Positions 10,406-22,288 of a stretch of 64,000 nucleotides of DNA are shown piece after piece. This DNA is from Psilocybe cubensis (taxonomy: Eukaryota). The notes beneath the pieces were generated by a model, which saw only the letters and a program-made list of their open reading frames with translations, was not told where the DNA came from and searched no databases. Location: the NCBI GenBank assembly GCA_017499595.2, contig CM039009.1, positions 1,054,001 through 1,118,000 on the forward strand. The letters are read 5' to 3'. Positions within the stretch are counted from its first letter, which is position 1; the number at the start of each line of letters is the position of its first letter. The position numbers and the translations under genes were made by a program.

Positions 10406-13400
10406 ATGGAGACTGCGGGAGAAAATGGGAAACTTGAACCCATTACCGATGCAGATCTGGTCTTGAACGAAGACTTACGGCGTCCATTCGATGTGATCAA
10501 CGATGAACTCGCAGCCATGGGTGGGCTGTCCGTTGAAGCATTTCTGAACAACGTGACGTCTGCGGTCTTCGATGTTAACTTTCACCTTCAACTCCCCGAT
10601 TTGCCATCTCCGGAGAAGGAAAGCCAGAAAGCTTCGAAAACTGATGACCCAGAGGAATCCAAGTCACCGACAGCAGCCAACGGGAGGTCGAACAGGAACC
10701 CCATTACTTTGCTGCGTCATGCGTGTGAAAACACATTTGGATCCTCAGAGGCAGTCAAATACGAGTATGTGGAAACAGACCCTCAAAGTATGTCCCTGTA
10801 CATTTCTTCATCGTTCAACGACTAACCGTGGTGCAACCTTCGCCAGATCGACAATGTATTCTCACAATCACCCGTCCCAATGGTGCTACCCGTGCGTATA
10901 AATCAGAAGCAGGGGCAATGCGTAGGGCCGACGCAAAAGTGCAGGCCGCCCAGATTGCTATCGATATGGGCGCGATCGACTTCATTTCTTCAGGAGATGC
11001 CGATGCGCTGAAGGCCAGGAAAGGACTTTTGCTTAATCCCCTCGATGCAATCGATGACATGGAACTTGACGTATCGGTGATTGTGCCACCGAGTGCGGTA
11101 CTTGCCGACAAAGGTCCCGTCGAAGAGATAGAAGACTGCTGCATCGAATGGAGAGCCGGGAAAGTAAAGCCCCATTGGGTATATTATAACGATCCTAAGA
11201 ATAAGAAAAGTGAGTTTGATTCCAAATGTTCGCGTCGTCGCTCAACATTACTTAGAGCATGGCGTTGCACTGCGGATTGCGCTAAATGCGCATTTATTTC
11301 GCTCGTATTCTGTTGACCCTGTGCACTCCACCGCCAGAGCTGCTAAGATTGCCTGTGCTAGAACTGCCCTTAACAATGATGTCTTGGAATTTATTCGATA
11401 TGGAAACGGGCAGACTGAGCCTCAAAGGATTATCGATGAGGGCGAAGATGAAATTGTGCCCATCCGCGGAAGTACTCCAGGCCCTCCTCAAGGATATACT
11501 TTGCAGGAATATTACGAAACACTTCCGCAACCATTTCCTGAAGACGTCGGGGATATGCCCGCTGCTGAGATCAATGGGCCAGCATGGTTAAACCTTGCGC
11601 TCCAGTCCGCAAGGGGTGCTCGGTTAGTCGCGACGTTCGTGCCAGTTGTCGATAGTGAACGCCATAGTGAGTGTTCTTCAACTGTCTGTCGATACTTACT
11701 GCTTATATTGATATTGAATTCTAGTGCATGGTTGTGTCCTTCGAATTGAAAGGCCTGGTGAAATGCGGACGTACTTTGTCGATCCCCAATTTCCAAAGCG
11801 CGGGGATGCCAGATCAGCAGTATGCCTGTTGGCCATGTCTCAAGGAGTGGGCGATTACATTCGCGAGTTGAAGGAGGAAGCTGAGAATAAACTTCCCGCT
11901 GATAAACGTAAGCTTGCGGTTGAAAAGCTTCTTCCTTTGATTGCATCCGAGTCTGGTAAAATTCGGTATGGCAATCGTCCGTTGTTCATCTTTTCGCAAG
12001 AGAGGGATGGTGCGTTGATTTTATATTCCGATGTTTTTTCTCTCTGAAGATATTCGTTTTCAGCTTTCGGATGTACTATAAAGGTTGACGTATCTCCTGA
12101 TTCTGATGCACCGGATGTGCGAGAATACTCTACGACGGCAGAATATCGCAACAAGGCCGACGCAAAGGCCGCAGTGACTTACCTTGCAGCTGAGGCAGGT
12201 TTAATTGACTTACTTCGATTCAGGGGTGGTGAATTGCCTTCCGATTATGTGCCTTTCTGGGAAGCTCAGATGAGTGGAAATGGAGATTACTATGTTCCCA
12301 AGCGCAAAGAACCAGAAAGAGAAGATGCTGAAGGTCGCATTGGGAAGAAACGTAAGAGGACTAACAAAGATAATAACTCAGACGCTAGTGAGGTATCGAC
12401 ACCTCGAACCAACATGAAACCTAAGCTGGGTTCTGGAGACCACCCTTTGCCTTCGAAACCGGTCAGCCTAATTCCAAACTCGGAAAACTTCTCTAGGAAT
12501 ACTCGCTGGAAATCGCCTCATGCGACTGGATCCAGAGGTCTTGGCCCAACCAACGCACATGCATCTGCTCCGCGTTTTGGTGGCCAAGACCGATCTGGAA
12601 ACAGAAGCGGGGGTCCTCCTGTTCATGCTCGTGGTTATCGTGATGTTAGCCCCTCGCATACAAGGCCTGCTCCTCGTGGTTATTCTTCGTACGATGACCG
12701 ACCGCATTATGATGACCGGGCACCGTACCATGATCGAGCCTATTATGATGAACGATCCGAGTATAGGCGCGACCCTTCATATCGTCAATCTACACCTACA
12801 TACTCCCGTCCTGAATCTTATGCAAATGCATATCCTCCTTTTCAGCCGCCTCCTGCTCATGGATATTACTCGAGTGGCTATCCTCCATCTCCTCCTCCAC
12901 GTCATCACCACTATGCTGCTTATTATGCACCTCCTGTGGCACCACCTACTCCTCCGCATGATCCCTATGGCCATGGGCAAGGACATCATTATTCATATCC
13001 GCCTGGCCAATATCCTCCTCCTTCGCCTGTGCACTATGCTCAGACTGCTTTTCCTGTTAGTTACCCTCCCCAGACACCTGCAGTCTATAACCCTCCTCAT
13101 CCACAGCCTATGCCCATGATACCCCCGTCGCCCCCTACCATTCCTTCACATGATCCATATTCTTTAAGATATCGATCAAATTACCCTCCTCGGTCTCCTC
13201 CTCAGGTAGAACCCTACCCTCCTCGAACCCCTCCGCATGTACCTGCATATGCTTCTAACCATCATAGTCATCCTCCTCCATCTCCTCCTCATCTTTCAAA
13301 CCCTTCGTACCCACCATCTTATGAACTTGAGCATCAAACTTCTGATTCTAACAGACCTCTGAGAAACTATCGTCGACATAGTACAGTTGGTGATACCTCT

Positions 13401-14097
13401 CGGCCTCGTGGTAATTATTATTCTAAGCCACTTCCTGAAAGCGATAACGGCTGGGCTGGCAGCAGGCATGGTCATAATGCAGCCTCAGCCGGGGCTATGA
13501 AATCTTTGTCTATTGATACTGGTGAATACAAACGCGATCGTACTGCCTCTTGTAAGTTCATTCTGTATTCATTCTGATAAACCCATGATTAACTGTCCGA
13601 CAGCCCCTCCTAGATTTTTTGATCATAGCCTGGAACGACTCGAAGCTGAACGAACAAATTCCACTTCCGAGGTTACTGTAAAAACGGAGTCTGTCTCTGG
13701 GGATGACTCGGTCAAGCATACTATGCCCCCAGCTGTGTCAGCCAGGCCTAGACTTGAACCATCGACTTCGCAATCATCCGTACAGTCATCCAACAAGTCC
13801 AACTATGATGTACTTAACGGTACACCTCTTCCGTTTTGTTCCTAAATTCCATTGAAACTTATGACGTCTCTTTTTGCAGAATTTTGCGAGAAAGAAAATA
13901 TTGAGAAACCTTGCTTTTACCACCAGGTCATTCATGGGAAAGACGGGTCTGTTTCTTACCATGTGTGGGCGGAAAAAGACTCCAATCGAATGGAGCTTCC
14001 CACAAACCACTTTTCCACAATTGAGGAGGGTATGGAAAGGCTCTCAAAGAGTATCCTTTCGTATGTTCGTTCCAAAAAGGCTCAGAATAAAGCCTGA
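10406..14097 (+). CDS. Multi-dsRBD-like (DRBM) protein with long Pro/Tyr/His-rich disordered region
   Basis: Repeated alpha-beta-beta-beta-alpha-like units ending RRADAKVQAAQIAI, TARAAKIACARTAL, KRGDARSAVCLLAM, NKADAKAAVTYLAA; C-terminal unit LNEFCEKENIEKPCF; NLS-like KKRKR; GT-AG introns link the ORF fragments. Confidence 0.7.
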
Positions 14098-14457
14098 GAT
14101 CTAAGGCTTGGAACTTTGGAGGGTTGTGGGCTTTTGCTCGTCTTGTGTATTGCTTTCGGAACTATCTACACCTGGATTATCTAGCTACTCTTTCTCGCAT
14201 GTTTGTACTATACGCTTTGCTTTCCACGCTTTCCACGCTATCCAGCACTTCAGGGGGTTCTTCCTTTCGAATCTTGTTCTCGTATCTTTCATCTTCTTGC
14301 TACTTGGTGATTCTGTGATCTAGTCCTGATCGATGATCACGCGGTGGTTGTCCATGTGCAAACGAACAACTATTCTGGAACACATTTATAAACCGAATCC
14401 AAGTCCGGCTAGGATGCATCTCTTGTGAATTCTTCTTTGCCTGCTTTGTCTTCCACC

Positions 14458-15584
14458 ATGCCAGCTGTTGACTTAAAGAAACGATATGCAGAGGATGGAT
14501 ATGTTATCATTCCTGGTCTCATCGAAGGCGAATATAGGTCCAATCTGGAGTCAGCCTGTGAAAGGGTAATCGCAAAGACTCGCAATGGATCGTGGCTCCA
14601 TCGACGCACAGTCGGCAAACAGTTCCCGCCATATGGACAGGACAATCCCGATTCCTGGGGCATACAACACCTTATGCATCCTGACTTGAAGGAACCTATT
14701 TTTGTGCAATGGTATACCTCGCCGAAGCTTCTGGGGGTTGCAACGGAGCTGTTGGGGTGTTCTGAAGAGGATTTACAGATGGGTTTGTAAACTTGTATTG
14801 CGTATCATCGTAGTCTGGACCATTGACAACTTTGTTTTTTATGTTGATAGAGTTATTAAATCTTCTTATAAACCCGGAATCGCATGATTTTGCATTGCGG
14901 TGGCACCGCGATGACATCCGTGAGGATGCCACAGCAGAAGAGGAATTAAAAGCGCTGAATATCTGGCATTATGGTGTAAGCTTGCAAACTATGGACGCAA
15001 AACATATTAGTACTAAATAACGGCGACAATTTATAGGTGCAGTGGAACACGTAAAGTCAATCCCTATCTAATGTAGGGCAGATTGACCAACCTATCTGCT
15101 TGTAGAGCGCTATATTTGGACTCTTGCCTTTACATTGTTCCAGGGTCTCATAAGGTACCGAGGACCGAAGCTCAGCGCAAACTATCTTCAGGACAGATTC
15201 CGGAAAATCCATTGGACATGCCTGGTGCCATTCAAATTACTCTTCAGCGTAAGTGGCGGGAAATACTCCAATTCGGTTGATTAACTGATAAAAGCTGCTG
15301 ATTTACCAGCTGGAGAAACAGTTTTTTACAACTCGAACATATTACACTGCGCCACTTACAAGTCAGATACTCGAAGGGCTACCTTGCATGGGTGTATGGG
15401 CGACGCCAAGGGAGGGGCATCGCGGGCAAGAAATATTCTACAGCATGGGTTGCGATGGATGAAAGGAGAAGATTTCTTCCAGACACTCCCCAATTCAAAT
15501 GCGAACAGGATGCTTGAAAAGCTTATTTCCCTGTCAGATAGCTCGGAGCAACGTGGAGCCGTAGAATATTCTCTTCAAAACTAA
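14458..15584 (+). CDS. Phytanoyl-CoA dioxygenase (PhyH) family Fe(II)/2-oxoglutarate dioxygenase
   Basis: YAEDGYVIIPGL, LRWHRDD (HxD), CLYIVPGSHK, VFYNSNILHCATY (distal His), RATLHGCMG. Confidence 0.85.
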
Positions 15585-16061
15585 TAGTTGGAAGATGGTA
15601 GGTATTTTCGGATCTATTAATTGGAAACTGAGTCACTAATTTGAAAGTGAGTAGAAATCACATACTGTTTTTAAATCCCAGAATGAACAATCTTTTTCAA
15701 AAGTTATATGGCAAGTTGGCATGCAATTAGCGTGCAGACAGCGTTTTAAATTGAGGATTAATTGAAAGTTAATCAATAAACCTCGCATCAGATCCATTTT
15801 CTGTGGAGAAAATGGGAGACAATAATAAAATATTATTGGACGGATTTGTAGCTTGGGTTCCAACTGAAGAAAAAGGTGAAGAAAGCGACGAAAAGTGCTG
15901 TTCCTTTCGAATTATGAGATCACGTGACCATCGAAGTTGGTTATAGGCCCATGCGCGTACATTATGGCTGGAGACGTGTAAAGAATACAGATGATCGGAT
16001 ATGAATGGATATAACGAAGAAAGAAGTTCCAGTGGGTAAGACATGAAGGCATAATCTGGTA

Positions 16062-16642
16062 TTATGATGGGCAATATCCGCCACCCAACTTTAAAACACA
16101 ATTGGTGAGCTTAAAACGCGTAATAGCACAGCTACCAAACAAAATTACTCACCTGCTCCAGGAAAGCATCTATTTGGTCCCCATCCTCCATACCCACCTT
16201 GATTGTTGCAGCATAATGAATGATTGATCCTACAGAATACCGGAGTAACTCACCTCTGCAGGCGTTTGTTCAGGTTTGATTCGTTGGCCATCATATGTGA
16301 ATTTGAAGGTTCCTGTAAGAAGATTTTAGGTTAGTTTTAGGGTGTTGAGTGTAGATGTTCTATACCTTTGTCTTTTCCGAAACGTTTCTTTTACCAGACA
16401 ATGTAAGAAATCATTGTTTAGATTATCCGAACTAGCACGCGTACCTCTGCTGCTTCGAAGATCTTTGCGAATTTCATGTTTGTCTTCACTTTGACGGTAA
16501 TTTCTGATTGTATAAACGAAGATCAGCCTTGTAGATATGAGCCGCGTCGCGTTGGACAAGTAGAGGGGTAAGTCTTACGGGTACCATCATATGAAATGTT
16601 CAAGTTGAGTTTGGGCTTCACATCTTCGGGTTCATGAGACAT
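16062..16642 (-). CDS. SUMO-like ubiquitin-family modifier (6 exons)
   Basis: Spliced: MSHEPEDVKPKLNLNISYDGTQITVKVKTNMKFAKIFEAAEKRFGKDKGTFKFTYDGQRIKPEQTPAEVGMEDGDQIDAFLEQLGG-GYCPS*. Has the di-Gly motif and the YDGQRI...GMEDGDQID SUMO signature. Confidence 0.9.
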
Positions 16643-16870
16643 GATGATGGCAATGAGGTAGCAGAAGGCGGATAAGAGTAGTGATAAAGTGATGGAAGAC
16701 CTTCTTTGTTCCGGGGCTAGATGTGGGAATGAGCAAGAACGCTGGAAATTGAAATTACAAAAAGAGTGTGACAAATCTGACGCGACTCACACGTGATAGT
16801 GACGCACCTGCCAGGGAAGTCACAATCTTTACGCTCATCCTCTCCTTCCACACTCATCAGAACAAGGAAC

Positions 16871-17285
16871 ATGTCTGACGAACCTAACCGGAAGATACAA
16901 CTGAAGATAACATTCAATCAACAAAGTATGGCTATCACTGACCACCTGATAATTTCGCCCTGTATGTACCACGAGAGTTAGTTAACCAATTACCTACGTA
17001 CAAAGCTTTGGACTTGGCTAATCTCTTAATATATCATCGCTATCGAAGACGCTTTCAGATTTTACTATAACGAATCCAGGGTTAGGCCTGAACAAATCCC
17101 CGAAGATGTATGTGCATTGTAATTCTCACTCTGTATATTCTCAAAGCAGAGCCACTAGTTGGGAATGGAGGACGAAGATGAGATGGATGCTACAGTTCAA
17201 CAGGCAAGTTCTTCTGCTTAACGATGTGCCCTTTCCATTGACAATCTTACGCTTTTAGGAGGGCGGAAAGACTCTTGATAATTAA
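16871..17285 (+). pseudogene. Second SUMO-like gene, internally truncated or degenerate paralog
   Basis: Exons MSDEPNRKIQLKITFNQQ | ...AFRFYYNESRVRPEQIPED | LGMEDEDEMDATVQQ | EGGKTLDN*. The last intron is GC-AG (17204-17258). No counterpart of the ITVKVK..KRFG exons is visible. Confidence 0.65.
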
Positions 17286-17760
17286 ATCATTGGTCGTTAA
17301 ATGGCCGATGCTATTTCAAATTGATCACATCTACAATCATCAGACGACCATCCTCATGCAATCTGCAACATTATATACCGTTATTACATGTGAGCCTGAA
17401 GTCAAATGGCAGTGAAAACTTAGCTGATGTAAAAAATATTAGCATATATCCCAAACATATCCCGCTCCAATGACAAACCAGTTTCGAGAAGACGCAAATT
17501 TATCTTTTACTTTTAATTATGTCGCGAATGAACAGAAAGGCTCCGTGACAGAGACACGACTGCGAAGGTACTTTGGAGCACATTCCCATTGTTGCACTTA
17601 TTCCTTCGCGAGTCGCTCCGAATTCCCGGTAAAACATGACAGTCCGAGTCATCCCACTTGTGATTACATATCACTTTCCACGATAAGCTATATAAACCTC
17701 GTCTTTCCGAGTGAAAATTTTGGCACCCCACCGAATAAAATCAACGCCTACAAAGTTCAA

Positions 17761-19559
17761 ATGTCAGTCGTTACCCCAAATGCAAACCTACCTGGTTATC
17801 AAGATGGTGAAGAGCAACAAAACAAAGAACATGAATTGCAACTTCGGTCAACAATGCGTCGGTGTGTTGACTCAATTCAAAATTTTGTTCATGAAAATAC
17901 GGGATTGTTGTTCATTGTTGCCGCCATGGTATTCTTCTCGATGATGGACGTCGCCGTGATAAAGCTGCACAAAACAGACCCTCCAGTCACTACATTCCAG
18001 GTGGGGTTTATCAGGCATTTTTAAATCATTCTGCTCAACTTAAAAATCAACTGTCTATATTGATCCATGAAACTACGTACAGCTAATTTTGGTCCGCATG
18101 GTGCGAGGTTATGAAGATTACCTTTTCAGAAAAATGTTCAATGTTCGTACAGGCAATTACTTTTATATGCTGCATGATATACATGTAAGTCATCTTACGC
18201 GTAACTCGAGACAATTCGCTGATCTTCTTTCTGTAATTTCTGATAGGCACTTGGCAAAAATTCCAGACCCACTGCTGGGTCCCAAAGGAGTTCGATTATG
18301 GTTGCTAATGCGCGGAATTGGAGGGTGCGGCTGATATAAACGCTATGGCATTCTTGATTCACCCTCTCTCTGTTCAGATTTATTGGTCTCTTTGGGATTT
18401 ACTTCTCCCTGCAGTACCTATCTCTGTCAGACGCCACCGTTTTGACGTTTCTGTCGCCAACCACGACGACAGTTGCTGGTGCCATCTTTTTGAAGGAGAA
18501 ATTCATTATTCGACAGGCGGTAGCTGGATGTAAGCTGCCCACCGTGATTTGACAATGGAGTTTGAGCTTAATCAGGGCCTACGAAGTGGTTAGTCTAGTA
18601 GGGGTCGTTCTGATAGCGCGGCCGACGTTTATCTTTGGGGACTCGGCTCATTCTCACGAGCCCAATGGAACGACTCCATCTGAGCGGTTATTGGCGGTTG
18701 GGTGAGCTTCATGGATTTAAACATGTGTGTAGTTGACGTCTTACCTTGATCAAGGGTGTCCCTTGTTGGAGTGCTTGGTGCCACTCTAGCTTGTAAGTGC
18801 TCTGGTGCAATGGGGAAAAGCTTGAGTATTTCTCACTTACTTTTAATTTGTAGATATATCAATTCGGTCTATTGGTAAGAGGGCGCATACTATGCATATC
18901 ATGGTCTATTTCGCTTTGCAATGTGTTGTTGGTTCAACAATAGGGTTAGTCTTCTACGTTCCGTATATCCACGCCGTAATCTGTCTGGTTTATTAACTCT
19001 CAACTTAAAGGATGATCGTCACAAAGACACCGGTTGTCATTCCTACCCAGATAGAATGGCTTTCGCTCTTGTTCATGATCGGCGTGTTTGGCTTTGCTGC
19101 ACAGGTCAGTAATAGGACGCAGTAATAGGACGATCATCGAGACCAATTTGTTTTAATTTTTATCATAGATTTTTTTAACGCTGGGATTCCAACGTGAGGC
19201 TGTGGGCCGCGGAACATTAGCCCTATATACACAGGTGAGTTAGTTATCCTACAGTACAATATATTACTTATCCCCTCTGACCGAAACAGATTATCTTTGC
19301 GTCTTTCCTTGAATACATAGTTTTCCATACGACTCCTTCGCGACTCTCGATTTTTGGGATTTTATTGATCATGGGATCAGCTATATATATTGCGGTAAGT
19401 GGCATGTAGTACTTGTCGTGCTGGAAGCGTTTCTAATAGTTTATCAATGCACCGTAGCTTACCAAGAAACCAAATTCACCAGAGCTAAATAGTATTAGCC
19501 AGCCAGATGATGAAGAGTTAGGGAGGAGCTTGCTCTCTCCGAACTCTGATACACCCTGA
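17761..19559 (+). CDS. EamA / drug-metabolite transporter (DMT) superfamily protein
   Basis: NTGLLFIVAAMVFFSMMDVAVIKL, DPLLGPKGVRLWLLMRG, SLQYLSLSDATVLTFLSP, GVVLIARPTFIFG, IRSIGKRAH, GFQREAVGRGTLALY; many short introns. Confidence 0.85.
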
Positions 19560-19868
19560 TACTATGTATTGCTTGTTGTGATTAGTCGTCCGCTTTGGCA
19601 ATTTGTGTGTCCTGCTAGTTCGAGAACTCGAAGCGCTACGTTTAAATGATAAAATAGAGTAAAGTGGTACAATTTCTCTAATTGGGTTGTTTGAGCATGT
19701 TTTAGCGGCACTCTTGAACGCGACTCGCGACGCGTCAGACGCGTTCCCGACCTGATCAATTTAGATTCCGGCCCGATGCTTCCGACAAAAAATCGCATTT
19801 CGTATCCGTCCTCGTGTTTATTCCCTTCCTCCTCCTCGCAATCACATCTTAACTATTTCTGTCGGGAA

Positions 19869-21759
19869 ATGTCGACACCACTCTATTATCAAGTCGGGGG
19901 GCACAGGGGTCAAATCGTTTCGTGAGATTAGATCGCTCAATGTCTTCATTCTATATGGTAAATTCTCACGATGAATGCTTTCATTAGAGCTCGTTTCCAA
20001 TTCGATGATAAAGACCTCGCTAATGCTCTAGCTGGACCTATGTCGCCTCTTCATAAACCACACGATAATTCCCAAGGACCCATCGCCCTTGAGATGATAC
20101 TGGGTACTATACTTATTTGTCTTTGCAACCATGAGCTCCTTCAAGATCAACCTGCTCAAGGGAATACTGATTAACCCTGAACAGGAATCAAAAACCATGG
20201 GTCATCACATCTTCTAGTTACGACCGATCAGGCTATGCAGCTTTCTAGGCAGCGTGATATCAAGCTTATAAATCATAGGGCGAATCTTTCCCCTCTGGAT
20301 TTTGAATCATTATCTCCAATCTATTTTCACTCTGTTGAGGCACTGTTGAAGAAACTGACGTCTCTCAGGCCAAAGAAATCAAACAAAAATGCAACGAAGG
20401 ATGCAGATCAAGATACTAGCCAAGCCAATCATATCTACAAATTGTACAATATTGACACGCAACGCGCTGCTTTTGAGCATGGAAGGTATTATTTCCGTTA
20501 TTCTGAAGAGTGGATGGATCTAATATTATTTTGTTAGGCTCATTTATAGAATCTTAAATGGCTTGGTTGATCCAGCAAAGTATGGTGTCGACAATCTATC
20601 GTGGACCCAGGATCTTCGCATTTGCTCCTTTGTATTTAACGTCAGACCTATCGATGACCGAAAACGTGCTGAACGATTGCAAAACCCACTGGTCCTGGAC
20701 ATTGGCTTCTGTGAAGCTGATTTGCCTAATCTGGAGCCAAATCACTCCACTGCAAAACACATACTAGACCAGAGGAATGCTATTCTAGGAGGGAACAGAA
20801 AGGTTAGCCAGAACTTTAAATATCTTACAAAAATTGTTCTAATACTGCCTTCATCTAGCCATTTGAATATGGAGTTACTCAGAAGATACTCGGTCAAGAT
20901 GCCTTTGAAGAGGCAATCCGTGAATTATTTCAAGATGTTCGAGTTCGCTCCAGCAAGACGATGATACTGCTTGTCTACAATAGGGAACAGACGCTCAATT
21001 ATCTGCGAAACATCAACGTGGATACGTCAGCTTGGTCCTTTGATCTCAAGGAATTGTTGCAATCCTCGAGAGCTCGATCCTCTCGTGCATATTCCAGAGA
21101 CCACCCCGAATCTCGCTACCACGATCGATCACGATCACCGCCTAGATCTCACGACCCGAGGTTGCCGCAGCGTAGTCCCTCTGCAGCATTTCAGTCGAAC
21201 AGAGGCGAGCGATACGCTGAGCCGTCGCCTGCTGGGCCGTCTGGTGCAACCTATTCGAACTTGTACCCGCCGGTTTGCCTTGTTGATGTGGAACAACTTT
21301 ACTTCAAGTTAATGCACAATGCCCAAATCAAATCTGTAGCGAACATTGCTCGTCAATTCGGTGTAATTGACCAGGATGGGATGTGTGCTGGCAACGAAGC
21401 AAGGTGAGCTTGAATGAAGTATTGATTGATATGCCCCTCAATTTATGACTTTGTTCCTTTTGAATAGTTATACAATTAAGATTTGGAAGGATATGATTGC
21501 TCACGAATTAGCCATTGACGAGCAAGGAGCTTCCCGCCTGGGAGGTTTGTCGCTCTCCGACGAGCAGCAAAATACCGCAGCAAACGCCGGCCCTTCGAGT
21601 GCACCTGCTTTCGCACCCATTGATTCTGATGATGAACAGGACCCGAATGACATACCCGCTGCCCAGCCGACGGGCAATACAGGCAAACAAGCACAGCAAA
21701 TGTCATTCGAGGACGGCGAGTCTGATTACGGAGACGACGACGAGTCTGACTCTGATTAA
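19869..21759 (+). CDS. Gfd2/YDR514C-like (RNase H-fold, DEDDh-related) domain protein, probably degenerate, with RS-rich insertion
   Basis: VLDIGFCEA, PFEYGVTQ, MILLVYN, VCLVDVEQLY and GMCAGNEAR resemble the family motifs (EIG, F.FG.S, LVGH, DT, HNAGNDA); acidic C-terminus. Start codon is tentative. Confidence 0.55.
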
Positions 21760-22288
21760 CTTTAATTTTCATTTACAATTCTTCTGATTCATTTTCTTAC
21801 TACTATGTATCAACGAATCGAATACGTTCCATTGTATGCGAAGATGCCATTGTTATATGGCCAAGTCTGACCAGGCAGTATGTTTACCAGCCTGTACCCA
21901 CTAGTCCTTTAAATAAGTGCCCTTCCAGCCCTATTGTTATCTTCGGCATTGTGAGTGAGCTCGGCTGTGACCTGAAGGCAGTCGCGGCAGTCGCACATGC
22001 TGTGAAGAATAATAAGAATGGGGCATGTTGAGACCTATGTGGGACAAATAAGGAAAGTGGCTGTGGTCATTGGCTCGCGGCTGCAGCGTGATGGAATGAT
22101 GCTGGGTTCATGCTCACGCCTGGGCGTAAGTAAGCTGTCACTTCCTGGTTCCCATCACCCACCGTAGATGGCCTCTCATGAAGCGCTTCTCGATCACGTA
22201 GTTATGTTGTCAAACAGTCCCTTTCTTTACCTTTAACCTCCATCACCTTCGTCATTAACCGCATCTCTGGCCCTATTAGGCCCGAACG

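Noticed and set aside
19107-19133. 13-bp tandem duplication CAGTAATAGGACG x2
   Set aside because: Lies in an intron of the EamA gene; simple slippage or footprint with no further evidence.
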